Shown: piece after piece, positions 8,236 through 16,569 of the stretch
Layout: the number at the start of each line of letters is the position of its first letter
Position numbering within the stretch: position 1 is the stretch's first letter
Source of the DNA: Opitutales bacterium
GTDB lineage: Bacteria; Verrucomicrobiota; Verrucomicrobiia; Opitutales; UBA9783
Length of the DNA: 32,000 bases
NCBI GenBank assembly: GCA_046881885.1
Contig: JBKSMP010000024.1
Location: forward strand, 1 to 32,000
Reading direction: 5' to 3'
Translations under genes and position numbers: made by a program
The notes under the pieces: model-generated
Told to the model about the DNA's origin: nothing
The model's database searches: none
The model's input: only the letters and a program-made list of their open reading frames with translations

Positions 8236-9362
8236 GCCAATTCCTCAATGATTATTTTACAAATAAATTCTTGTTGTTCTTCTGTTAATCGTGTTCCAGA
8301 GGGTAAACACAAACCATTTGCAAATAATTTTTCACCAACATTACCACCATAATAGCGATTATTTTTAAATATCGGTTGCAAATGCATAGGCTTCCAAACA
8401 GGTCGTGATTCAATGTTGTGGTTTCCCAAGGTTGTCCATAAATCTTTCCAGGTTTTAGAGTTTTTCTTTGAATCTATTTGTACAACGGTTAACCAATGAT
8501 TGGGATTGCCATAGTCAGCCACCGGCATGAAAGATATTTTATCTCCCAAAGAGGTCAATAATTTTTTGTAATTTTCAAAAATTTGTCGTTTTTTATTTAG
8601 TTTTTTATCGATATTTTCTAATTGTCCCAAGCCAATGGCCGCACAGATATTGCTCATTCGATAATTAAATCCAACTTCTTTATGCTCATAATAAGGGACT
8701 AATTCTCGAGCTTGCGTGGATAATTTACGTGCATGATCAATTAAATCTTTATTGTGTGAAAGCAAAGCACCTCCGCCTGAAGTTGTGATAATTTTATTGC
8801 CATTAAAAGACAATGCACACGCATCTCCCAAATTACCAGCATGCTTACTTTTGTAAGTAGCACCTAAAGCTTCTGCAGAATCTACGATTAATGGAATTCC
8901 TAAAGGATTGCAAAGACTTCTTATCGCATCATAATCAGCACATTGGCCATAAAGATCAGTTACAATCACTGCCTTCGGAAGCTTGCCTTCTTTTTTGCAA
9001 TCATTTATAGCTTCTTCTAATAAATTAGGATCCATATTCCACGTTTCATTAGAACAATCAATGAAACGAAGTTCTGCTCCCATGTGATATGAATTTGATA
9101 CACTTGCTATAAAAGTTAAATCAGAAGCAATAATAACATCACCAGACAAAATACCTAAATGTTTTAATGCTAAATGTAAAGCAGATGTACAGCTATTCGT
9201 GACTAAACAGTAAGGGATTCCAGTATAAATTGAAAGCGCTTCCTCAAAAGCTTCTGTTGCTGGTCCTAAAGGAGCAATATAATTGGAAGAAAAAGCATCC
9301 TGGACATAACGAAGTTCGTTACCATCTATATCAGGAGGAGATAAAAAAATTCTATCATTCAT
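8232..9362 (-). CDS. PLP-dependent sugar aminotransferase, DegT/DnrJ/EryC1 family (EpsN/PglE-like)
   Basis: FLSPPDI.GNELRYV..AF.SNYIAPLGP, DSAEALGATYK, and the PLP-lysine context SFNGNKIITTSGGGALLS typical of EpsN/PglE-type enzymes. Confidence 0.9.
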   Translation of the reverse strand: MNDRIFLSPPDIDGNELRYVQDAFSSNYIAPLGPATEAFEEALSIYTGIPYCLVTNSCTSALHLALKHLGILSGDVIIASDLTFIASVSNSYHMGAELRFIDCSNETWNMDPNLLEEAINDCKKEGKLPKAVIVTDLYGQCADYDAIRSLCNPLGIPLIVDSAEALGATYKSKHAGNLGDACALSFNGNKIITTSGGGALLSHNKDLIDHARKLSTQARELVPYYEHKEVGFNYRMSNICAAIGLGQLENIDKKLNKKRQIFENYKKLLTSLGDKISFMPVADYGNPNHWLTVVQIDSKKNSKTWKDLWTTLGNHNIESRPVWKPMHLQPIFKNNRYYGGNVGEKLFANGLCLPSGTRLTEEQQEFICKIIIEELA

Positions 9363-10476
9363 TGGCTAAAAATTTAAATTTATGTCCATGTAATATTATT
9401 TGTGGTCCATAATTTTTATAAATAGTTGCTCGTATTTTTTGTTCTAAGTCTTCTTGTGAACTATTTGCATCAATCGTCATTAATTTATCAAAATCTTTTC
9501 GTGTAAATGCTTTTCTAGACCATTTTTCGTTTGAAATTGGTAATTCTTTACCCAGTAAAATAAAATCCATAATTTCGTAAAACAAAAACAATAAAGCATT
9601 ATAAGTTCTTTGCAACAATGATTCAACATTATCCGTCGGATAGAGTGGAAATTTTTTTGTAGCAATGATTTGTCCTGCATCTACTGAAGCTAACATATGA
9701 TGACAAGTCACTCCATAAGAAGTTGCATTTTCATATAAAGCAAAATTATTACAACCAATTCCAGGATAATCAGGCGAAGCTGGATGAAAATTTATAGCTG
9801 CTTTGTTTGCAAGTTTTAAAACTTTTTCAGGAAAAATCCAACGTGACAAAAAATTGATAAGATAATCACAAGATTTAGTATTTAAATCTTCAGGAAAAGG
9901 ATCGCCCCAAGCACTCAGAAAAAACTCTATGTTTGCAAAATGCATCTTACAATAATTCATTGCTTCTTGTGTAAAATAGTCATCTTTTTTACCACAAAAA
10001 ATAATTTTTTCAGTACATTTAACCCTTGATCCATAACCCTTGATCCATTCTACACGCGGATTTGCCCATTGACCGCGTTTGTTTTTAATTTTTATGATTT
10101 TTGCTGGGCATCCAACAGCAATACAATTTGCTGGTAAAGATTTGTTTACGAAACTGTTTGCTCCTACGATTGTATTTTCACCAATCGTAACATTGGGCAT
10201 AAGCGTAGAGTGACTTCCAATACAACAATTTTTTTTCAGAATAACAGATCCTGTTTTCTTATCGATAGTAGAAATTGAGTATATAGAACAATGCGAGCCT
10301 AATTGAACATTATCTTCGAGAATTACACCATTTTTAGCATTTATATAAGAAAAGGCACCTATATCCGTTTTATAACCTAATTTTAAATTTTTCACATGGC
10401 GAACCACCCAACCATACTCAGTAGGTTTCCCATCCTCCATTGTTGGATAGTGCCAACTATCAAAGCGATTATTCAT
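9355..10476 (-). CDS. Two-domain fusion: N-terminal left-handed beta-helix (hexapeptide) acetyltransferase and C-terminal formyltransferase-like domain
   Basis: Residues ~25-128 carry hexapeptide repeats (ILEDNVQLGSHCSIYS..ILKKNCCIGSHSTLMPNVTIGENTIVGANSFV). Residues ~155-300 resemble the formyltransferase N-domain (AINFHPASPDYPGIG..YGVTCHHM..VDAGQIIA), with candidate Asn229/His231/Asp266. Confidence 0.75.
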   Translation of the reverse strand: MNNRFDSWHYPTMEDGKPTEYGWVVRHVKNLKLGYKTDIGAFSYINAKNGVILEDNVQLGSHCSIYSISTIDKKTGSVILKKNCCIGSHSTLMPNVTIGENTIVGANSFVNKSLPANCIAVGCPAKIIKIKNKRGQWANPRVEWIKGYGSRVKCTEKIIFCGKKDDYFTQEAMNYCKMHFANIEFFLSAWGDPFPEDLNTKSCDYLINFLSRWIFPEKVLKLANKAAINFHPASPDYPGIGCNNFALYENATSYGVTCHHMLASVDAGQIIATKKFPLYPTDNVESLLQRTYNALLFLFYEIMDFILLGKELPISNEKWSRKAFTRKDFDKLMTIDANSSQEDLEQKIRATIYKNYGPQIILHGHKFKFLANE

Positions 10477-10583
10477 ACAAACCTTTTCAAGTTCACCAAC
10501 TTTTTACATTAAAGTAAATATTTTTCTTAAAAAATATTGTATTTTTTGAAAAATGTTCATAACATTCGTTTTTTAGATCTAAT

Positions 10584-11552
10584 ATGGCAAAAATTGTAAA
10601 ACACACGCTTGATTTCGAAAAGCCGCTGCTAGCCTTAGAAGAGCAGCTAGAACAGCTCAAAAAGATTTCCTTGGAAAATGAAGTTTCTATGGATGCAGAA
10701 ATCCAAGCCATTGAATTGAAAATCCAAGAAACAAAGGAGCGTATTTATAAAAACTTAACGGCTTGGCAAAAGATCAAGATTGCACGTCATCCGCAACGTC
10801 CTTACGCGTTGGATTACATTCAAAGCATTTTTACAGATTTTCAAGAACTCCATGGCGATCGTCGATTTGGCGATGATCAAGCACTTATTGGGGGTACAGC
10901 TTACTTTAATGGCCAACCAGTAATGGTATTAGGCCAGCAAAAAGGACGCGATTTAAAGGAAAATATCAAACGTAATTTTGGTTCACCCAATCCTGAAGGT
11001 TATCGCAAGGCTTTACGTCTTATGCAAATAGCCGAAAAGTTTTCTCTACCCGTTATTTCGTTCATCGATACCCCTGGTGCTTATCCAGGAATTGGTGCTG
11101 AAGAACGTCATATTGCAGAAGCCATTGCGGTTAATTTGCGCGAAATGAGTGTGTTGAAGGTACCTTGCATTGCGGTTGTTATTGGCGAAGGTGGTTCCGG
11201 TGGTGCGCTGGGGATCGGTGTCTCAGATCGCGTCTTAGTGCTTGAAAACGCCTATTATTCAGTTATTTCTCCAGAAGGTTGTGCCGCCATTTTATGGAAA
11301 GATCGCGCAAAAGTTTCGGAAGCTGCCAATGCCTTGAAACTTTCTGCAGAAGACTTAAAGGTATTAAATATTATTGATGGTATTATTCCAGAACCTTTGG
11401 GAGGCGCTCATACAAATCCTGAGGCTTGTGCACAAGCGATCAAAACAGCGCTTGAGGAACATCTAAAAGCCTTATTGCCACTTTCTGAAGCTGATCTATT
11501 GCAGCAACGTTACGAAAAATATAGAGCCATGGGCTTGTTTGAAGAAAAATGA
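10584..11552 (+). CDS. accA: Acetyl-CoA carboxylase carboxyltransferase subunit alpha
   Basis: ARHPQRPY..DY, RNFG.PNPEGYRKALRLMQ.AEKF..P.I.FIDTPGAYPGIGAEERH.AEAIA.NLREM, VIGEGGSGGALGIGV and IIPEPLGGAH together give near-colinear similarity to AccA. Confidence 0.95.
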   Translation: MAKIVKHTLDFEKPLLALEEQLEQLKKISLENEVSMDAEIQAIELKIQETKERIYKNLTAWQKIKIARHPQRPYALDYIQSIFTDFQELHGDRRFGDDQALIGGTAYFNGQPVMVLGQQKGRDLKENIKRNFGSPNPEGYRKALRLMQIAEKFSLPVISFIDTPGAYPGIGAEERHIAEAIAVNLREMSVLKVPCIAVVIGEGGSGGALGIGVSDRVLVLENAYYSVISPEGCAAILWKDRAKVSEAANALKLSAEDLKVLNIIDGIIPEPLGGAHTNPEACAQAIKTALEEHLKALLPLSEADLLQQRYEKYRAMGLFEEK

Positions 11553-12880
11553 GTTCTATTAGATTCGGAACAGATGGTATTCGTGGAAAAGTTGGACAAA
11601 GTCCTATTACGGTTGAAGATTTCAATCGATTGGGGCAAGCCTGTTGCGATTGGTTGCAACAACACCAATTGCCTTTAAGTGTCGTAATAGGATGGGATAC
11701 ACGAGCTTCTGGACCTGAATTAGCGCAGGCATTTGCAAGAGGTTTTTTATATAATCGACCACATGCTTCCGTATGCAGTTTAGGGATAATGCCAACACCT
11801 GGAGTTTCATTTTTTGTAAGCGATCAAAAAGCTTCTTTAGGTGTTTCCATTACCGCTTCACATAATCCTTATACCGATAATGGTCTAAAGTTATTTAACG
11901 CGAATGGTAACAAATTGTTGCGTACGGAAGAAGCCGTCATCGAACAATTATGCGAAAAGAAGCTAACGCTTTCTGAAGCTTCTCTCGATTCTGTCCAAGA
12001 AATTTCTGGAAAAGATTATTATCTAAATCACCTGAAAAAAACCTATTCAAAAGATCTTCTTAAGGGTAAACAGATTGTTTTAGATACCGCTAATGGCGCA
12101 ACAAGGTACACAACATTGCCCTTATTAAGGGAACTAGGTGCAGAAGTGATTGCTTTAGGGGATCAGCCAAACGGTATCAATATCAACGAACATTGTGGCA
12201 GTGAATATCCGGAACAAGTAGCACAAAAAATTAAAGAAACGCAGTCTTGGCTTGGATTCGCCCATGATGGTGATGGCGATCGATTGGTCGTTATTGATGA
12301 AAAGGGAGAGCGTGTAGATGGCGATAAAATCCTTGGGCTATTGGCCATCGATCTTTATCAACAAAATTGCTTAAAAAATAATAAAATCGTCGTAACCGAA
12401 CAAAGTAATTCGGGCTTAAAAGAAAGCTTGGCTGCTTATGGGATCCAAACAATTACTTGTGGTATCGGCGATCGCGAGGTTTTTTATGCCTTAGAACGAG
12501 AACAGAGTAATTTTGGAGGTGAAAATTCAGGTCATATTATTTTACGTGACGAAGCTCCAACGGGCGATGGCCTTAGGGTCCTTTTAAAACTTTTACAATT
12601 AGCGCAAGTTCAACCGATTTGTGAACGTAAAAAAGCGATTAAACTGTTACCTAAATGCGAAGGTTCGATGCTTGTAAGTCACAAAATCCCCTTAGAAGAA
12701 TTGCAACAATTTCAAAAGATTAAACAACAATTACAACATTTGCCTGGACGCATTCTTGTGCGGTATTCGGGCACGGAAAACAAATTACGGTTTTTGGTAG
12801 AAGCCGAAACAGAAGCACTTTGCCAAGAACGCATGGACTTATTACAAACTGCAGCTAAACTCGATTTTAAAATCCCCTAA
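11549..12880 (+). CDS. glmM: Phosphoglucosamine mutase (alpha-D-phosphohexomutase family)
   Basis: FGTDGIRG, the active-site Ser loop SITASHNPYTDNGLK, the Mg site AHDGDGDRLVVID, GGENSGH, and a C-terminal RYSGTE motif. The start overlaps the accA stop (ATGA). Confidence 0.9.
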   Translation: MSSIRFGTDGIRGKVGQSPITVEDFNRLGQACCDWLQQHQLPLSVVIGWDTRASGPELAQAFARGFLYNRPHASVCSLGIMPTPGVSFFVSDQKASLGVSITASHNPYTDNGLKLFNANGNKLLRTEEAVIEQLCEKKLTLSEASLDSVQEISGKDYYLNHLKKTYSKDLLKGKQIVLDTANGATRYTTLPLLRELGAEVIALGDQPNGININEHCGSEYPEQVAQKIKETQSWLGFAHDGDGDRLVVIDEKGERVDGDKILGLLAIDLYQQNCLKNNKIVVTEQSNSGLKESLAAYGIQTITCGIGDREVFYALEREQSNFGGENSGHIILRDEAPTGDGLRVLLKLLQLAQVQPICERKKAIKLLPKCEGSMLVSHKIPLEELQQFQKIKQQLQHLPGRILVRYSGTENKLRFLVEAETEALCQERMDLLQTAAKLDFKIP

Positions 12881-12884
12881 TCTC

Positions 12885-15287
12885 GTGCCACTCGAAAAAT
12901 CGTATACTTTAAAAGCTTTAGAAATTTGGTTTCAATCCTACCGTAAACAATGGTGGGATTTTTTTTCAAAAACAGAACAAGAACAAGGGAAATTGCTTTT
13001 AGAGCGTGGGATTTCTTCCATTGAGATTGATCCGCACTACCTATTAATCAGTGGTAAAAAAGATCAAAAAACATACTTCGCCACTTTGGATTTGCCTAAA
13101 CAAGACCCTTTTGCTTTACAAATTTCAGACAAACTGGAAGCTTTTGGACGGACTTTATTGGCCTCGGGTTTGCTGTGTTTAGAAAAACTTTTCCAGGATC
13201 ATCTCGATACCTTATCCCTTGCAATACCCAAACAGGATGCACAGACTGAAAATGAAACTGAAAAACGGAAATCCAATCCCCGCGCTAATGCAACCACACA
13301 GCTTGTTTTCTTCAAAAAAGACCAGTCGCTTGCATTTGAAGTATCTTTTAAGCGTGGCGAACAGTTTGAGAAGTTAACGTCTCTTAAGCAGAGTTTAAAA
13401 CCTCATGAACGGGAACATCTGCTGTCTATTATGCTGCAAACGCAAAAGTATGGATTTCGTTGGAGCAAATCCTGTTTTGTGAATTCCAGCCTCGAATTAT
13501 TGCCTAATTTCGTTCAAAATGTCTTACCCAAGTTATCCCAAAAGTATTTTGTCGAAGTTCCACAAACCGTTTGCGATCTGTGTCGAGGCTTAAATAATAT
13601 CCAAGTTCAATTGTCTACGAATAGGACCGGGCATTTGCTTCAGCACTTTTTAATCACTTCTGGCGAAATTGAACAGGATTTAGTACAACATTCGATTAAG
13701 GCTAAAAATCACATTTATTGGTCAGAACAACATGGCCTTATTCGTTGCCAAGAAAATACGCTTGAATGGGTTCAACGCTCGAATGATTGGAAACATCGTC
13801 TTAATAAAAAAGGTGAAGATTTACCGGCCTATATGCTGTTGTCGCTCTTCAACATTCACACCATTTCTCAAGAAGCTAAAACCTGGCTGCAGGAACTTCA
13901 AAAAGCCATTAATCCCATTAATAGCGATTTTCCGCTATTAAGATCGTATCAACGTGATGGGGTTGTTTGGCTAAAGCATATCCTGGATAATCATTGTCAT
14001 CCTTTATTGGCAGATGAAATGGGCTTGGGAAAGACGAGACAGTTATTAACGCTTCTGGAGCTTTTAAAAGGCGATTCTGATGAGGAACAACCGTCTTTGG
14101 TAGTTTGTCCAGCAAGCGTAATTAGCGCATGGATCAATGAGCGCAATCTTTATTATCCACACTTAAATTTACAGGTTTTAAACCAGGAATCACTTGCAGC
14201 TTATGAAAAAGCTCCCCATACGATCTTTGTCGCGAGTTATTCGCAATTGTTAGTCAACTTTCATGCATTAAAAACTCTATCCTTCAAATGCATTATTTTA
14301 GATGAAGCGCAATGTATTAAAAATCCGAAATCCAAGACGGCGCATGCTTGTTTTAACTTAAAAGCGAAGTATCGGATCGCAGCAACTGGAACCCCCGTTG
14401 AGAATAACGTCATTGATTTGTGGACTATTTTCCATTTTTTGATGCCAGGATTTTTAGGAAACTTCAAGGAATTCCAAAAGTTTACCCAAACCCAAGAAGC
14501 TTCCGATCGCCTTAAGAAACAAATAGCTCCCTTTGTTTTGCGTCGCACACAAGCAGAAGTTTTGCAGGAATTGCCGGAAAAACAAGAACGTATTATTTAT
14601 TGCCCAATGACTGAAAGGCAGCGTGAATTGTACGAATCTACGCGCGATTTACGTCAAAACTTACAACAAGGTCAATGGGAACGTCTCTTTACACTTATCT
14701 TACGCTTACGGCAAATTTGCTGCGATCCAGGCTTATTACCTACTTATAAGGACTTGTCTATAGAAACGAGCGGGAAACTGGCTTGGTTACTCAAGAAATT
14801 AAAGGATCCGACTCATAAAAAAATCATTATCTTCAGTCAATTTAAACAGCTTTTAGACCGTCTAGAACCGTCTATAAAAGCTTTGTACCCGCAAATCTAT
14901 GTCCTAACAGGCCACACACCCACATCTAAGCGTGCGCAACTGATCGCCAATTTTCAGAAAACAAAAGATCGGGCAGCCTTTCTTATTAGCTTAAAAGCAG
15001 GCGGAACCGGTATCACGCTTCATACGGCCGATACGCTCTTTATTCTCGATCCTTGGTGGAACCCAGCCGTTGAAGAACAAGCCATTGCACGCGCTCATCG
15101 CTTGGGCCAAAAGCAATCTCTTAAGGTTTATCGCCTCCTTATCGAAAACTCTATTGAAGCCAATATTCAACAATTACAGCAGCATAAACAACAACTTTTC
15201 TCGCAACTCTTTAACGATCCTACCCATCAACTCCCATCTGAACGCTGGCAACAACTTTATCAGCTGCTTGTGGATAAAAAAACTTGA
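12885..15287 (+). CDS. SNF2/RapA-family helicase-like ATPase with a ~340-aa N-terminal accessory region
   Basis: LRSYQRDGV.WL, motif I ADEMGLGKT, motif II ILDEAQCIKN, motif III ATGTPVEN, helicase-C SLKAGGTGITL and WWNPAVEEQAIARAHRLGQ. It starts with GTG 4 nt after the glmM stop. Confidence 0.9.
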   Translation: MPLEKSYTLKALEIWFQSYRKQWWDFFSKTEQEQGKLLLERGISSIEIDPHYLLISGKKDQKTYFATLDLPKQDPFALQISDKLEAFGRTLLASGLLCLEKLFQDHLDTLSLAIPKQDAQTENETEKRKSNPRANATTQLVFFKKDQSLAFEVSFKRGEQFEKLTSLKQSLKPHEREHLLSIMLQTQKYGFRWSKSCFVNSSLELLPNFVQNVLPKLSQKYFVEVPQTVCDLCRGLNNIQVQLSTNRTGHLLQHFLITSGEIEQDLVQHSIKAKNHIYWSEQHGLIRCQENTLEWVQRSNDWKHRLNKKGEDLPAYMLLSLFNIHTISQEAKTWLQELQKAINPINSDFPLLRSYQRDGVVWLKHILDNHCHPLLADEMGLGKTRQLLTLLELLKGDSDEEQPSLVVCPASVISAWINERNLYYPHLNLQVLNQESLAAYEKAPHTIFVASYSQLLVNFHALKTLSFKCIILDEAQCIKNPKSKTAHACFNLKAKYRIAATGTPVENNVIDLWTIFHFLMPGFLGNFKEFQKFTQTQEASDRLKKQIAPFVLRRTQAEVLQELPEKQERIIYCPMTERQRELYESTRDLRQNLQQGQWERLFTLILRLRQICCDPGLLPTYKDLSIETSGKLAWLLKKLKDPTHKKIIIFSQFKQLLDRLEPSIKALYPQIYVLTGHTPTSKRAQLIANFQKTKDRAAFLISLKAGGTGITLHTADTLFILDPWWNPAVEEQAIARAHRLGQKQSLKVYRLLIENSIEANIQQLQQHKQQLFSQLFNDPTHQLPSERWQQLYQLLVDKKT

Positions 15288-15312
15288 AAAGAAGTCTATA
15301 TTTCTTTATAAT
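15284..15312 (+). promoter_or_regulatory. Predicted sigma70-type promoter TTGAAA-N17-TATAAT abutting the start codon of the orphan gene
   Basis: ttgaaa (15284-15289, which contains the SNF2 TGA stop), an exact 17-nt spacer, a perfect tataat (15307-15312), then tttcct and the ATG at 15319. The A of the ATG is 7 nt after the -10 hexamer, and there is no SD. Confidence 0.45.
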
Positions 15313-15318
15313 TTTCCT

Positions 15319-16398
15319 ATGACTGGGGTAGGTAATATTAATTCTAATTCAAACACTCAAAATATAAATACTATTGAGACAAAATCTCAAGTCAATCAAC
15401 CCTCTAAGGAGTATTCTTATGGATTTCGAGCGATCTTAAAGAGTATTGGGCGTTATTTGACTTGCGGATTCAGTTCAACCAAAAGACGAGCGATTGTTAT
15501 AAAAGAATTCGCAAATACAAGTATACCAGATATTAGCAAATTAAAAAATCGGTCTGCAGAAGTTAAAACAGCTTTACTCACCTCCAATAACTTATCTGAT
15601 CAACAAAAATCAACAATATATAACGAATATAAAACTGAAATAGATACTTACATCCAAAAACACAAATTAGAACATCCAATAGGTAAAAAAATAAATGAAA
15701 AATTAATCTCCAATAACTTATCTAATCAAGAAAAATTAGAATTTTATGCTCAAAATATGACAGAAATAGATTCTTATTGTCAAACATCAGGCATAAAAAA
15801 TCCATTACTAGGCAATTCTTCATTTAATGATTTAGAAAAAATAACAGCACAAGGTATTTACACAGTCAACTTTCCTACTGCAAGCAATATTGAAATATTT
15901 ATGAATGGTTTGGAGGCTTATGTAAATAAAGAATTTTCGGCTATTGAGAAAGTTGACAATTTGGATGAAAAAAAATCAAAAATTGAAAAATTATACACAA
16001 GCATACAGGAAATGATAATGATATTAAATAAAACTAATCTTAAGCTTGATCCAATATCACTCGAACAACCTTTAAAAAAACAACAAGAACTATTTTTAGG
16101 AAATTTTTTCCAACAAGCAATTGCTAACCAAAAACTCACACGTATGGTTATGCCAATGAAAGGATGGTTAGACCTTGTTAATAAATCTAATGCGAAACCT
16201 GGAGAAATTAAGGGCGCTTGGAATGAAATTAAAAAACAAATAGACTTTTCAGACCAAAAACTTATTTTAAACAAAACTAACACATTAAAAAATTTCAAAA
16301 CTACTTTAGATTCTTTTAACAAAAACTACAACTTGAATGATGAGATGGGGGGGATAAAAGCAATGCAACGCTTTAATGGTCCTGAATTTAAAGACTAG
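15319..16398 (+). CDS. Orphan hypothetical protein (359 aa); candidate T3SS substrate
   Basis: 15319 is the first ATG after the SNF2 stop; the track ORF from 15070 merely reads through the SNF2 3' end. The gene is very AT-rich (hand count ~22% GC on line 15661 versus ~45% on an SNF2 line). The N-terminus MTGVGNINSNSNTQNINTIETKSQV is Ser/Asn/Thr-rich and lacks a signal peptide. I recognise no family. Confidence 0.7.
   Translation: MTGVGNINSNSNTQNINTIETKSQVNQPSKEYSYGFRAILKSIGRYLTCGFSSTKRRAIVIKEFANTSIPDISKLKNRSAEVKTALLTSNNLSDQQKSTIYNEYKTEIDTYIQKHKLEHPIGKKINEKLISNNLSNQEKLEFYAQNMTEIDSYCQTSGIKNPLLGNSSFNDLEKITAQGIYTVNFPTASNIEIFMNGLEAYVNKEFSAIEKVDNLDEKKSKIEKLYTSIQEMIMILNKTNLKLDPISLEQPLKKQQELFLGNFFQQAIANQKLTRMVMPMKGWLDLVNKSNAKPGEIKGAWNEIKKQIDFSDQKLILNKTNTLKNFKTTLDSFNKNYNLNDEMGGIKAMQRFNGPEFKD
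15574..15816 (+). repeat. Internal tandem duplication (two ~39-aa units, offset 42 aa) within the orphan gene
   Basis: LLTSNNLSDQQKSTIYNEYKTEIDTYIQKHKLEHPIGKK (res 86-124) versus KLISNNLSNQEKLEFYAQNMTEIDSYCQTSGIKNPLLGN (res 128-166). Hand alignment gives 16/39 identical residues. Confidence 0.6.
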
Positions 16399-16419
16399 TA
16401 ATAGTGGAAATTTTGGGAT

Positions 16420-16569
16420 AGATATCGTGTTGGCCGTGGTAATGCGCGGCCAACACATATTATTTTTGAGGTAAGCGAAGGTATATTCAATAATAAAGAT
16501 TCTGTAATTTAGAGGATGAAAATTTTTGAAGCTCGATAGACAGTATTTGCAAAAATTTTTACAGAACAT
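16420..16569 (-). mobile_element. Relic of a DDE-type transposase C-terminus, copy B
   Basis: The minus-strand frame reads ..FKNFHPLNYRIFIIEYTFAYLKNNMCWPRITTANT. It shares IEYTF(A/T)YLKN and the DNA core with copy A at 363-479, in the same orientation. No intact transposase or terminal inverted repeats are visible. Confidence 0.35.
16427..16468 (+). terminator. Rho-independent terminator-like hairpin downstream of the orphan gene
   Basis: gtgttggccg (16427-16436) pairs perfectly with cggccaacac (16447-16456), extendable by a G-U pair and a G-C pair to leave a 6-nt loop. It is followed by atattattttt. The hairpin lies inside transposase-relic copy B. Confidence 0.5.

Noticed and set aside
10517-10538. 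Inverted repeat aatattttt-ctta-aaaaatatt in the sugar-cassette/accA divergent region. A similar 8-bp AT-only inverted repeat (aaatttat..ataaattt) lies at 26590-26614 upstream of sctD.
   Set aside because: The arms are composed only of A/T in AT-rich intergenic DNA, so the information content is low. I could not argue they are non-random without genome-wide statistics.
10493-10711. 72-aa minus-strand ORF spanning the accA start region
   Set aside because: It overlaps the accA 5' end and the divergent promoter region, and its sequence is the antisense shadow of accA.
12885-15287. SNF2 helicase as part of a phage-defence system (DISARM/Zorya/BREX-like)
   Set aside because: There are no methyltransferase, nuclease, PLD or Zor/Drm partner genes nearby. 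The gene is translationally coupled to accA and glmM and has core-like composition.
15070-15318. Upstream extension of the 442-aa track ORF overlapping the SNF2 3' end
   Set aside because: This is out-of-frame read-through of the SNF2 coding region. A strong promoter and the first post-stop ATG at 15319 define the real gene.
16306-16569. 87-aa minus-strand ORF just downstream of sctR, about the right size for SctS
   Set aside because: Its sequence (MFCKNFCKYCLSSFKNFHPLNYRIF...) lacks the two hydrophobic helices of SctS/FliQ. It overlaps the 3' end of the orphan gene, and part of it matches the transposase-like relic instead.
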